DNA from: Spirochaetia bacterium
GTDB lineage: Bacteria; Spirochaetota; Spirochaetia; UBA9216
Length of the DNA stretch: 64,000 nt
NCBI GenBank assembly: GCA_965140585.1
Contig: OZ223272.1
Span: forward strand, 288,001 to 352,000
Direction: 5' to 3'
Below the pieces are notes generated by a model. That model saw only the letters and a list, made by a program, of their open reading frames with translations. It ran no database searches and was not told the DNA's origin. The position numbers and the translations under genes were made by a program. The stretch's first letter is position 1. Each line of letters starts with the position of its first letter. This document shows, piece after piece, positions 39,649-49,565 of the stretch.

Positions 39649-41289
39649 CTATTTTGGATGGACGCTTGAGAAGGTCCAGGGGTTGATGTAGGAAGTAAGG
39701 CCTCCCATACTCTGAACCCAGCCCTCAAGTCTGTCTGTTCTGACAGGGTCAAGGCTTTCAGGTCTTACAAGAAGTCCGTAGGGAAGGTCCTCGGCAAGTA
39801 TTGCCTGAAGCTGTTTGATATAAGCCTTCTGTGTTTCATAATCAGGAGCAGATATCATCTTTGCAAGAATCTCATCATACTCAGGATTTGCATATGCTGC
39901 GGTATTCCATCCGGTCTGGCTGTCTGCGTAATTCCATACCCAGTTTCCATTGGGACCCGGATCGCCGTAAGCAATGGCAGCCTGGTATCCGTCTGATTTA
40001 GCAGAAACGATAAACTCCCAGTAAGTGGCAAGGTCAACAGCCTTTACTGTAACTTCAATTCCCGATCTGAGCAGATTCTCCTTAATAAGTGATGCCATCT
40101 TTACATCTGCAGTTGCACTGGATGAAACCATCAGCTCAATGTTGACGTTTTCACCGGTCGCAGGATCATTGCGCAAACCGTCGCCGTCGGTATCTGTATA
40201 ACCGGAAGCATCAAGAAGAGCCGCAGCCTTATCAAGGTCGTTATCATAAACCGGAATCTGGTCATTGTATGTGTCCATTTCAGGATAGATGAAACTGTTG
40301 GCTTTCTCGGCATAACCCATATAAACAAGGTCGATGATATTATTTTTATCGATGCTGTACATGAAGGCCTTTCTAAAGTCCTTGTCTGCAAGTGGAGTTG
40401 CTGAATAAGTGTTGAATGAAATCCAGAGGTTGTTAAGACCTGGAGATCTTATAACGCTTATATTTGGATCCTTATCAAGATCGGCGGCAATCTGGGGGCT
40501 CGCACCTGTTGATGTTATCATATCGATTTCACCGCTTTTAAGTGCAGCATACAAAGCATCATCACTTCCGAAAGTTTGGAAGACAATCTCATCAACACCT
40601 GCTTTCTCACCCCAATAGTTTTCATCGGCTTCAAGCCAGAGATATTCTGAAGGAGCAAACTCCTTAACCTTGAACGGCCCGTTTCCGACAGGGGCCTCAT
40701 TCGGGTAATCAGAAAAGGTATCCTTATAGGGTTCAAAAATATGTTTAGGGAGGATTGGTGTCCACAGCGGGATTGGATATTTACCGTCGTTTACAGCTGC
40801 ATTAAGAACAATCTTTACAGTCTTGTCATCAATGGCCTCCCAGCTTGCAACATCAGTACCGGGGCCGAGGTATGTAGCGGGTATTGCCTTCGGCAGATAA
40901 TAGAGCGAAAAGCCTACATCATCGGCAGTTACCGGAGTTCCGTCCTGCCAAACGGCATCTTCATTGAGATGAAAAATCCAGGTAATGTGATCTTTTGTTT
41001 CCCAGCTTGTTGCCAGCAGCGGAACCGGATCGTAATCGGGTGAAGGCCCGATGCCCCAAAGCTGATTATAAACTATGTGCCAGAATTCAAGGCCCATGTA
41101 GGAGGTCTTCCAGGCCATATCCACAGCCAGAGAATCAAGAGCTTCACCGTCTCTGAAACCTACGGTCAGTCTGACTTTTTCATTTTTTACTTCCTGAGAT
41201 CCTCCGGCATATGCGAATATTCCGAATAACAACAGAAACAGAATTGAGATCGTGATTATCCTGCGTAAAGGATTTCGATGTGTGTTCAT
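39649..41289 (-). CDS. oppA: Peptide/nickel-class ABC substrate-binding protein (OppA-like)
   Basis: AGGSQE signal, PLLATSWE, WQDGTPVTADDV, PVGNGPF. Start moved to MNTH after GAGGAG. Confidence 0.88.
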   Translation of the reverse strand: MNTHRNPLRRIITISILFLLLFGIFAYAGGSQEVKNEKVRLTVGFRDGEALDSLAVDMAWKTSYMGLEFWHIVYNQLWGIGPSPDYDPVPLLATSWETKDHITWIFHLNEDAVWQDGTPVTADDVGFSLYYLPKAIPATYLGPGTDVASWEAIDDKTVKIVLNAAVNDGKYPIPLWTPILPKHIFEPYKDTFSDYPNEAPVGNGPFKVKEFAPSEYLWLEADENYWGEKAGVDEIVFQTFGSDDALYAALKSGEIDMITSTGASPQIAADLDKDPNISVIRSPGLNNLWISFNTYSATPLADKDFRKAFMYSIDKNNIIDLVYMGYAEKANSFIYPEMDTYNDQIPVYDNDLDKAAALLDASGYTDTDGDGLRNDPATGENVNIELMVSSSATADVKMASLIKENLLRSGIEVTVKAVDLATYWEFIVSAKSDGYQAAIAYGDPGPNGNWVWNYADSQTGWNTAAYANPEYDEILAKMISAPDYETQKAYIKQLQAILAEDLPYGLLVRPESLDPVRTDRLEGWVQSMGGLTSYINPWTFSSVHPK

Positions 41290-41299
41290 TAAGCACTCC

Positions 41300-42946
41300 T
41301 CAACTAATGTTTTTATATATAAACAGATCCCCCGTGTCGGGTAGATCGGTCCATTCAAAATTAAATTTTTCAGATGCGGCCTTTACAGGCAGGTAGGCCT
41401 CTTCCTCTCCCTGCTCCAGATCGATAAACAGCGCACCGTCTTTCCTTACGGCAACAGGCCGTATAACCTGCCCGCCTGTAAAGCCTATACAGAAAACCTG
41501 TCCGGCCATTGTATAGATATCAGGAGCCCTTTCGGCCGACTCACGCTTTCGGCCCCACTCCCGGATACGCAGATCATGAAGCCAGAACTTATCCAGAACC
41601 TGGCCGGCAAGGCTGATCAGCTTATCTGCAAAAGCGAATGACAGAGCCCCGGCAGTCTGTGCATTCCCGGCAAAAGCAGCATCCTCAGACATGGAGTCCA
41701 GAACTTCATTCTCAAATGAACTGAAAACCTGTTCAGCTATTGGATGAAATTCCTGATACTTTCCGAAGGCATGAAGGTCAACCTCTTCAAAGAGTCTGGC
41801 CGCTTCAATGCCGGAAAATGCAGGATGGAGCTCTTTCATTCCGGGAAAGTAGGGAACGTAGGCTGAAAATGTCGGAACGCCGACCAGTCCATACATGATT
41901 CCTGCAGGCTGGTCCTTTGAGCCGGAATTAAAGACTGCCGAGCCCAGTGTTTTTTCATATGCAGTGTCGCAGCATATCTGCCTTATGAAAACCGGGGAAC
42001 GCAGAAAGCCTTCTTCCGGCATGTCGTCAAGCCATTCTCCGCCGTCAAAATCATCACGGTAAAAAGAGGTTGAATGCCAGGGGGTCTGATTAAACGCAAG
42101 CCTGCTGCCGTCGGGCAGAACAAACTCATCAAGTTGATCCCGGCTTACTTCCATCATATCTGCAACTGTAACAGGTCCCGAGGCGGCTTTTTTCTGCATT
42201 AGCTCATCAGCCCTGTTCTGTCTCACAATGCTTGAAAAAATATCAGGACGGGGAGCCTGATGTTTATGAAGATAGCCGCTTCCTGAATAGACTTCCCTGA
42301 AATTAAGCTGTTCACCCCTTCCTATCCAGCCCTTTGAAAAAGCATAATCCTCCAGATCAGCTGAGCAGAGATCCCATTCATTTTCAATAATATAACTGTT
42401 TGCATGTGCTCCAACCTGGTCCCTGTATCTCTTTGCGGCCCAGTGATACCCGGAAGCTTCAATGAGCCAGACCTCTTCAGGGTCACCTATGACATAGCTC
42501 ATGCTCGTCTCGGCAAAGCCGTATTTCTCAGCTGTTTTTGCAACCAGCTCTACCCCCTCTCCTGCAGAGGACGCGAAATCAAGAACTATGCGGTTATAAT
42601 CGAAGCCGCCCAGCAGTCCCGGCCTGTCCTCATCCTCGCGTCCGGGAGTTGCCAGAAGACTGATTGAAACACCGGCGTCGTTTATTCCCATATGCGGTGC
42701 CCAGTATGACATGCATCGCTGACCGACCCATGGTATCCTTTTTTTTCCCGAAAATTGAGCAAGATCCCCGCTGTAAAAATCACTGTCTGAAATCCCGTCT
42801 GAAAGAACCATCTGCATATACCAGTGAGAATCAATATCACCGTTTTTAACCACCAGAGTTTCTCCGTCCTTTGACAGGGCCCCGGAAGAAAATGCAACCG
42901 TACAGCCGGCTCTCTTAATAATCCTGTTATTATTTAAATACGACAT
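41300..42946 (-). CDS. C69 dipeptidase/secernin-like Ntn-hydrolase
   Basis: N-terminal nucleophile GCT, MGINDAGVSI, IGDPEEVWLIE, HANSYII. Confidence 0.8.
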   Translation of the reverse strand: MSYLNNNRIIKRAGCTVAFSSGALSKDGETLVVKNGDIDSHWYMQMVLSDGISDSDFYSGDLAQFSGKKRIPWVGQRCMSYWAPHMGINDAGVSISLLATPGREDEDRPGLLGGFDYNRIVLDFASSAGEGVELVAKTAEKYGFAETSMSYVIGDPEEVWLIEASGYHWAAKRYRDQVGAHANSYIIENEWDLCSADLEDYAFSKGWIGRGEQLNFREVYSGSGYLHKHQAPRPDIFSSIVRQNRADELMQKKAASGPVTVADMMEVSRDQLDEFVLPDGSRLAFNQTPWHSTSFYRDDFDGGEWLDDMPEEGFLRSPVFIRQICCDTAYEKTLGSAVFNSGSKDQPAGIMYGLVGVPTFSAYVPYFPGMKELHPAFSGIEAARLFEEVDLHAFGKYQEFHPIAEQVFSSFENEVLDSMSEDAAFAGNAQTAGALSFAFADKLISLAGQVLDKFWLHDLRIREWGRKRESAERAPDIYTMAGQVFCIGFTGGQVIRPVAVRKDGALFIDLEQGEEEAYLPVKAASEKFNFEWTDLPDTGDLFIYKNIS

Positions 42947-43120
42947 AATACCCGCAGCTTTATACAAATTTTACATACTTCAAATTTAAATCTGAAGTAC
43001 TTTTGTAAGAATTATTCCATAAATTAGATTGTTATGTCAAACAATCAATGGAGATAATTTGATAAATAGTATATTTTGTATTAAATATTAACTTTTTCAA
43101 ATTTTATGCGGGAGGCAGGC

Positions 43121-43528
43121 ATGAGCGATACTCTGAATGCAAAACTTAATTTCAATACCGAGGCGGGAGGTACAGCGGATTCTTCAGCAGGATACTCGGT
43201 GAATGTCCTGCAGAAAGAAAATAGTCTAAAACCCTATGACATGCTTCTGATGGCGCTCGGCTCCTGCATGTACGCAACATTCGAAGAAGTTTTTAAAAAA
43301 ATGCGCATCAGTTGTGAATCAACTGATATTGAAATAGAGGGAGAAAAACGTGATGAGGTGCCTAAGTTTCTTAGATACTGCCGTGTTAAATTTACAGTAA
43401 GGGGAGCAGACAATCCGAAGAAATTTGAGCGGGCCTTCGATCTCGCTGCAAAATACTGTTCAATCTTTCAAACCCTCAGCAAGGTGGCAGAGATGTCTAC
43501 CGAGATTGAATTTACCGAACAGGCATAA
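43121..43528 (+). CDS. OsmC-family protein
   Basis: PYDMLLMALGSC...KYCSIFQTL. GGAGG SD. Confidence 0.88.
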   Translation: MSDTLNAKLNFNTEAGGTADSSAGYSVNVLQKENSLKPYDMLLMALGSCMYATFEEVFKKMRISCESTDIEIEGEKRDEVPKFLRYCRVKFTVRGADNPKKFERAFDLAAKYCSIFQTLSKVAEMSTEIEFTEQA

Positions 43529-43560
43529 AAAAAGCTGCCAGAGTGTATTAACCCGGCAGC
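43527..43560 (-). terminator. Terminator with U tail on the minus strand
   Basis: A7 followed by GCTGCC...GGCAGC. Confidence 0.6.
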
Positions 43561-43594
43561 CTTCAGTTAGTTGATTCCGATAAATCCTTCAACA

Positions 43595-43741
43595 CTAAAA
43601 ATGAAGGCTCATGGACTGATTGAGATAAGGTTTTATCTCGGGAGTAGATATAATATCTTCCCAGTTGTCGTAATTCTTTACCATTACGTCATGGCCGTTC
43701 AGGCTTGTGAACAGCGCTTTAATCTTTCTTATAGTTTTCAT
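43595..43741 (-). CDS. 48-aa small protein below the ORF-track cutoff (MKTIRKIKALFTSLNGHDVMVKNYDNWEDIISTPEIKPYLNQSMSLHF)
   Basis: GAGGTG SD 5 nt before ATG, upstream TTGATT-17-TATTTT, downstream minus-strand terminator. Confidence 0.6.
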   Translation of the reverse strand: MKTIRKIKALFTSLNGHDVMVKNYDNWEDIISTPEIKPYLNQSMSLHF

Positions 43742-43881
43742 ATCGTCACCTCATATATCTATGAAATTATCTTATATCGATAAAATAATACTAATTATAA
43801 AAACAATCAAGAGAATTTATATTTTTTTCTTGACAAATATGCATACATCCCCATTAGTTATAATTTTGACCATATTTTTAT

Positions 43882-43916
43882 AAAAAAAGGCCTGTATGGT
43901 AAAAACATACAAGCCT
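43882..43916 (-). terminator. Terminator of the ADH-OYE operon
   Basis: A7 followed by AGGCCTGTATG/CATACAAGCCT. Confidence 0.7.
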
Positions 43917-43941
43917 ATAATTGAATTATTTGGTTTATTTA

Positions 43942-45858
43942 TTAGATATTCAGTGCAGCGTAGAATCCTTCCTTGGTACACCACTCAACAGTTCTCGGCT
44001 TCACACAGTCTCCAATTTCATGAAAATCGTCGGCACAGTTCATAAAACTGTCCGCCAGAGCCTGAAGCGGCCTTAACCCCACCGCAAGCAGAACACTGTC
44101 AGTTTCCACCTCGGCAGACTGTCCGTCAATTTCATAAATGACAGAGCCTTCAGCGATTTTGGTGCAGACAGCGTTCAGAATTACATTGATTTTATCAGCA
44201 TGGTTACGGGCTTCAACAAGAAGCTCATCACGATGAGTCTTGGAAGCGTCTCCGGCAAGCTCGGACATCATCTCAATAATTGTAACCTCATGACCGAGCC
44301 TCTCAAGGTGGACTGCCGTCTCAAGACCAACCTGGCCTCCTCCGATAACAGTAACTTTCTTTCCAAGTTTATCCTCATGCCCTACAGCGGACACGGCAGT
44401 TATGGCATTTTCAACTCCCGGAATTGAGGATGGGATAACGGGTTCAGAACCCACAGCGGCAACAACCGAATCAAAGCCTTTAACCATTTCAGGAGTAGCC
44501 TCAGTATTCATCTTAACCGTTACGGGGCTTTTCTTAAGCTGTTCAACAAGCCAGTTTTTATAGTTGGCAAGCGGCCATTTAAAGGGAATATGATCTGCAT
44601 ACTCAAGCAGCCCGCCAAGAGTATCAGTTTTCTCAAAAAGAGTGACCTCATGTCCAAGTTCAGCAGCCTGCATTGCGGTAAACATGCCTGCCGGACCTCC
44701 GCCTATTACAGCAACCTTCTTTCTTTCAGTTGTCAGAGGAACTCTTTCAATTGCCTCTTCCAGCCCGCAGCGCGGGTTTACAGCACAAAGCAGATGCTGT
44801 GCATAGTTGTCAGAGTCATGACATCGCATACATTTGATACAGGGAGTAACATCATCCGCACAGCCCTCCAGAGTCTTCTTAATCCAGTCGGGGTCGGCAA
44901 AGAACTGCCGGGCGACCATGATGAAGTCGGCCTTGCCGGCGGCAAGAATATCCTCACAGTCCTGAAGTTTGGTAATTCCGCCTATTGCAGTAACAAAGCA
45001 CTTATCGATCTTACCTGACTTCTTCCAGCCTTCGGCAATATAAACATTGGGATTCGGCGGGAGGAATCCGCAGGGATGCGTCCATGTCATCCAGTCGGGA
45101 TTATGCATACCGGCACTGGCCTGAAGGATATCGCAGTATTCCTGAAGTATTTCCGCTATACGAATTCCCTCCTCCTGATCAATACCGCCCTTCTCAAACT
45201 CATCTCCGGACATTCTGATGTCAATAATAAAATCATTACCGCAGGCAGCCCTGATACCTTCGAGGATTTCTACTATATAATGGCAGCGGTTTTCAGTTGA
45301 GCCTCCGTATTCATCAGTCCTATTATTAGTTATGGGGCTTAAGAACTGAGCAATAGGGATACTGTGCCCAAAATGAAGCATTACACCGTCAAAACCTGTT
45401 TTCTTTATAACAGCAGAGGTTTCAATATACTCGTCGCGAAACCAGTCCATCTTTTCTTTTGGAATTTCGCGGCCGATTGGAGGTGACCCCATGATGGAAC
45501 ATCCATCGGATACGGTATAGCCGTCAGGGAATACTCCGATAAGCTCCATGGTACATTTAGCACCGTAAAGATGGATTCTTTCAGTCAGATCAACCAGACG
45601 GTTTGTCTTGTTTCCCATCTTGGTGTCCCATGAACAGTGCAGGCCGTCGTTGAACGCGCCGCCGAGACTCACACCTGCGCAGGTTACCAGACCTGCACCC
45701 GCAATTGCCCGCTGTTCAAAGAAACGAAGTCCCTCCTCTGTCGGATAAGGCTGCCCCGAAGAGGAACTGTGAATTGTACTGGGTGCTGAGATTATTCTAT
45801 TTTTAAGCACTACACCGCCCACACGGACAGGTGAAAATACATGCGGAAACTGTTTCAT
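43942..45858 (-). CDS. OYE-like FMN/[4Fe-4S]/FAD oxidoreductase (2,4-dienoyl-CoA/enoate reductase class)
   Basis: LKNRIISAP, RTDEYGGSTENR, CIKCMRC..C, two GGG(P/Q)xG Rossmann motifs. Confidence 0.9.
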   Translation of the reverse strand: MKQFPHVFSPVRVGGVVLKNRIISAPSTIHSSSSGQPYPTEEGLRFFEQRAIAGAGLVTCAGVSLGGAFNDGLHCSWDTKMGNKTNRLVDLTERIHLYGAKCTMELIGVFPDGYTVSDGCSIMGSPPIGREIPKEKMDWFRDEYIETSAVIKKTGFDGVMLHFGHSIPIAQFLSPITNNRTDEYGGSTENRCHYIVEILEGIRAACGNDFIIDIRMSGDEFEKGGIDQEEGIRIAEILQEYCDILQASAGMHNPDWMTWTHPCGFLPPNPNVYIAEGWKKSGKIDKCFVTAIGGITKLQDCEDILAAGKADFIMVARQFFADPDWIKKTLEGCADDVTPCIKCMRCHDSDNYAQHLLCAVNPRCGLEEAIERVPLTTERKKVAVIGGGPAGMFTAMQAAELGHEVTLFEKTDTLGGLLEYADHIPFKWPLANYKNWLVEQLKKSPVTVKMNTEATPEMVKGFDSVVAAVGSEPVIPSSIPGVENAITAVSAVGHEDKLGKKVTVIGGGQVGLETAVHLERLGHEVTIIEMMSELAGDASKTHRDELLVEARNHADKINVILNAVCTKIAEGSVIYEIDGQSAEVETDSVLLAVGLRPLQALADSFMNCADDFHEIGDCVKPRTVEWCTKEGFYAALNI

Positions 45859-45877
45859 CTATTATTACTCCATTAAA

Positions 45878-46933
45878 TTAAAGACTCGGGTCTATTAATA
45901 CTTTAAGATGCCCTTTGCGGCTTTCGGCACCGATATACTTTTCAACAGCATCATCAAGACTGAGTACACCTGTCACCATTCCGGGAAATGAAATCTTTCC
46001 TGCAGCAAGCATTTCAAGGTACATAATAACTTCTTCCTCTGTGTAGACAAAGGTGAAAAGTAAATCCGGCTCAAAAATTGAGAAACGGCCCGGAGTAATT
46101 TCAAAGGGCTCGTTGATTGTTCCGATTACCACAACCTGTCCGCCGGGTTTTACCGCCTGAAAAACACAGTTGTTGAAACTTGCATGATTTCCCGCGCACT
46201 CAAAGACAACATCGGCACCTACCGGTGTTCCAAGAATCTTTTTGATCTCGCCACCGAGATCATTACACTTCTTTGAGTTAATAAAGTAATCGGCCCCGTA
46301 CTGTTTAAGAATCGGTTCCTTCTCATCAGAAGTACCGAGAACAATAATCCTGTTAGCACCGCCCGCCTTCAGAAACTGTATTGCAGCAAGACCTATCGGT
46401 CCGGTTCCGCTGACCACGACATTATCACCGATTTTGAAGGTTGATTTTCTGATACCGTGAAGGGCAACACAGATTACATCAAACAGGACTGCATCCTTCA
46501 TATCAACTTCATCGGGAATCTTAATCAACATTGTGTGTGCTGCATCACGCACAAGAAAGTATTCGCAGTAACCGCCGTCCGGACCGCCGATACCAGGTGT
46601 ATTGGGGAAACCGTTTATGCAGATATTGGTCTTCCCTTCTTTACATGACGGACAGATTTCAGCACAGGCTGTCGGAGGTCCGCAAAGCAGTTTATCACCG
46701 ACAGCAAAGTCGGCAACACCCTCTCCTACCTCCACAACAGTACCGGCATTTTCATGACCGAGAACCATAGGTAGCTGGATAAATGGAGGATAATGTCCTG
46801 CATAAAATTCCACATCGGTACCGCAGATACCGGCATAATTCATCTTTACAACAAGCTGATTAGGACCAGGATGCGGTACAGGACGGTCCTCAAGTCTAAG
46901 GTCGCCGGGACCGTATAATGCTAAAGCTTTCAT
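45878..46933 (-). CDS. Zn-dependent medium-chain alcohol dehydrogenase
   Basis: GICGTD, GHENAG, structural Cys cluster, GTGPIG. Confidence 0.9.
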   Translation of the reverse strand: MKALALYGPGDLRLEDRPVPHPGPNQLVVKMNYAGICGTDVEFYAGHYPPFIQLPMVLGHENAGTVVEVGEGVADFAVGDKLLCGPPTACAEICPSCKEGKTNICINGFPNTPGIGGPDGGYCEYFLVRDAAHTMLIKIPDEVDMKDAVLFDVICVALHGIRKSTFKIGDNVVVSGTGPIGLAAIQFLKAGGANRIIVLGTSDEKEPILKQYGADYFINSKKCNDLGGEIKKILGTPVGADVVFECAGNHASFNNCVFQAVKPGGQVVVIGTINEPFEITPGRFSIFEPDLLFTFVYTEEEVIMYLEMLAAGKISFPGMVTGVLSLDDAVEKYIGAESRKGHLKVLIDPSL

Positions 46934-47134
46934 TCTATTTTTATCTCCTCAAATAGTGTTAGGTAATTTTTTTGATATTTAAACACTATTAAAGTCTATT
47001 TTTATCCATATGATAGCATTCTGCAGTTTGTTAGTGAAATATTTATTTCGGCGGGAATAATATACTAAAAGGAATAACTGATTTTACTGATAAAAAACTT
47101 TACAATTCTTATATTCGAATTGTAAGATCTATGA

Positions 47135-48091
47135 GTGAATAAAATAATCAAGATTCTGGCCCTGCTGTTTGGGATCTCCTTTATAGTTTTACTTTTTTTT
47201 TCAGTCCGCCTTCTTCTGCAGTCACCCTTTGTTTCTGAGAACAATAAAAATGCAGCAGAAGAGAAGATGTACCACTATGCCTTTTTTCTTCCTGCAGAAA
47301 ATTCTTCCTATTTCAGCAGATTAAAAGAAGGTGCCATTGAGGCCGCAGAATCGAGGGGCTGTGCAATCAGCTTCCATTCAATAGATTCCGATCCGCTCAG
47401 TTTTGAAATGGCCAGATATTCCGGGTTTGACGGATTTGGTCTGTATCTTTATGAAAAAGACCGGAGCAAACTTCAGTATGTATCTGAAATTCTTAAAGAA
47501 GGCTTTCCTGTAGTTCAGATCGAAAATGAAATAATTCAGGGGACCGACTCTATTTTCATCGGAACAAATAATTTTGATGTAGGAAAAGGAATAGGACAGC
47601 TGGCTCTTGATACCGGAATCGACAAACTGAATATGGTTCTTGTATACAGTAAAAAAAGTCCCGGAGTCCTGTCCGACAGGAACCTTGTTGAAATGGGTCT
47701 GAAAACTGTTCTCGGAAATAAATTATCCGTATTAAACACGGAAGAAACAAGCTTAAATCCTCTTGCCACCGGAATGCTTGCCTATGATTTATTAAGAAAA
47801 GATCCTTCAATTGATATTATTGCGCTCACAGATGCCAATGACACTCTAATGACAGTCCAAACTATTATTGATATGAATCTCGTCGGAAAGGTCCAGATAA
47901 TCGGCTTTGGGGAACATGAAACAATAAAATCATATATCGAAAAAGGAGTGCTTCTAGGCAGTATAGTCAGAAACCCGTACCGCATAGGTTTTTCAACTGT
48001 AATGGCCCTGAAAGAACTTAATACGAACGGTTACACATCTGCCTATGCAGATACAGGCATTACCATACTTTCAGGAAAGACAAATGAATAA
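47135..48091 (+). CDS. Membrane-anchored sugar-binding sensor protein (periplasmic binding protein type I)
   Basis: FIGTNNFDVG, IIGF, NPYRIG. Directly upstream of the kinase. Confidence 0.8.
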   Translation: MNKIIKILALLFGISFIVLLFFSVRLLLQSPFVSENNKNAAEEKMYHYAFFLPAENSSYFSRLKEGAIEAAESRGCAISFHSIDSDPLSFEMARYSGFDGFGLYLYEKDRSKLQYVSEILKEGFPVVQIENEIIQGTDSIFIGTNNFDVGKGIGQLALDTGIDKLNMVLVYSKKSPGVLSDRNLVEMGLKTVLGNKLSVLNTEETSLNPLATGMLAYDLLRKDPSIDIIALTDANDTLMTVQTIIDMNLVGKVQIIGFGEHETIKSYIEKGVLLGSIVRNPYRIGFSTVMALKELNTNGYTSAYADTGITILSGKTNE

Positions 48092-49565
48092 TTCAATAAA
48101 AAACAGACTGTTGCTCTATTTTACGATCAGTATGGTAATCATTGTGATTTCTCTGGGCCTTGTCTTTTACAACTCTCTGAAAATTCAGAATATAGCAGAC
48201 AAGCGTTTTGAAGACGAACAGTTTCTTCAGGAAATTCAGACGCATCTGACTGATATCCAGGAGCCTCTTGAGAATTACCTGACCACCTACTCTTCCTCAT
48301 CACTTTCAAAACTCCTGTATAAAATAGAAATATTAAATGAATCAATTCCAATTCAGCGCAAAATAACCGCGAATGATTCAGATCTGATAAAACGGGAATT
48401 GTCTTTTTTACTTGAAAATTATTTAATCCAGTTAAACCAGATTATTGAACAGAAACGCGGGCACAGGGTGAAGGAGTATACCGAAAACTATCAAAACCTT
48501 TACAACCTGTATACTTACATAACCGATAAAATAAATTACGCAAGTCTGCTTGGTTTCCGCGTCCAATTGGAAGAATACAGAAATTTTCTGAACCTTTTTC
48601 GCCGGATGCAGCTTTACAGCATTATTCAGATACTGCTTGCCACAGCATTCTCGTTTACACTTCTCATGCAGACTATTAATAATATTGTAACCCCGATGTA
48701 CGAGTTATCACTCATGGCCGGCAAACTTTCAAATGGTGAATTTGACATACCTGACATGCATTTTGATTCTGTAAATGAAGTCAATCAGGTTTCGGAAGCC
48801 TTTAATGATATGAAACTGAATATCCGCCAGTTTGTTGAAGAGCTTCATGAACAGAAAGAAATGGAACAGGAGATTATGACGGAGCGAGTTAGAAATTTAA
48901 AAATGGAACAGATGCTGAAAAGGATGGAATTGTACACACTTCAGGCACAAATGAATCCTCACTTCCTGTTTAATACAATCAATACAGGAGTACAGTTAGC
49001 TATAGTAGAGAATGCAGACAGAACGGCTGAGTTTATGGAAAGTCTTGCAGCCCTTTTCCGGTATAATATCAGAGAAAAACAGTTTTTCGTCCCGCTGCGC
49101 CATGAGCTTGACGGTTTGAAATCTTATTACAACATACTGAAAATCAGATTTCCAAAAACGCTGAATTTCGTTTTAAATGTCGATGAAGAACTCCTCGATA
49201 AATACACATGCCCGTCAATGATACTGCAGCCTCTTGTAGAGAATTCAGTACTTCATGCTTTTAAAAACAAGGAAGGCATAGGAACGATTACGGTTCATAT
49301 CAGTTTCGACGATCCAGTTCTGCTGATTTCAGTTCAGGACGACGGGGATGGTATTCCCGAAAAAACGGTCAGGAAATTATTATTTTCGCATATTCATGAT
49401 TACCAGTTCAGTTCCAAAGTAATGGGATTGGAAAATGTTATCCAGCGATGTTATTTCTTTTACCCTGATCATAAGGATGTCATAAATATAAAATCTCATC
49501 CCAACGAAGGAACAAACATTGAGATTAGAATACATACCGAGGTTCAGCCATGTATCAAATTATGA
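48084..49565 (+). CDS. YesM/LytS-type sensor histidine kinase
   Basis: HAMP, LQAQMNPHFLFNTIN, LQPLVENS, DDGDG. Confidence 0.92.
   Translation: MNNSIKNRLLLYFTISMVIIVISLGLVFYNSLKIQNIADKRFEDEQFLQEIQTHLTDIQEPLENYLTTYSSSSLSKLLYKIEILNESIPIQRKITANDSDLIKRELSFLLENYLIQLNQIIEQKRGHRVKEYTENYQNLYNLYTYITDKINYASLLGFRVQLEEYRNFLNLFRRMQLYSIIQILLATAFSFTLLMQTINNIVTPMYELSLMAGKLSNGEFDIPDMHFDSVNEVNQVSEAFNDMKLNIRQFVEELHEQKEMEQEIMTERVRNLKMEQMLKRMELYTLQAQMNPHFLFNTINTGVQLAIVENADRTAEFMESLAALFRYNIREKQFFVPLRHELDGLKSYYNILKIRFPKTLNFVLNVDEELLDKYTCPSMILQPLVENSVLHAFKNKEGIGTITVHISFDDPVLLISVQDDGDGIPEKTVRKLLFSHIHDYQFSSKVMGLENVIQRCYFFYPDHKDVINIKSHPNEGTNIEIRIHTEVQPCIKL

Noticed and set aside
43571-43783. 70-aa plus-strand ORF
   Set aside because: No SD. 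The minus-strand 48-aa ORF has an SD, a promoter and a terminator.
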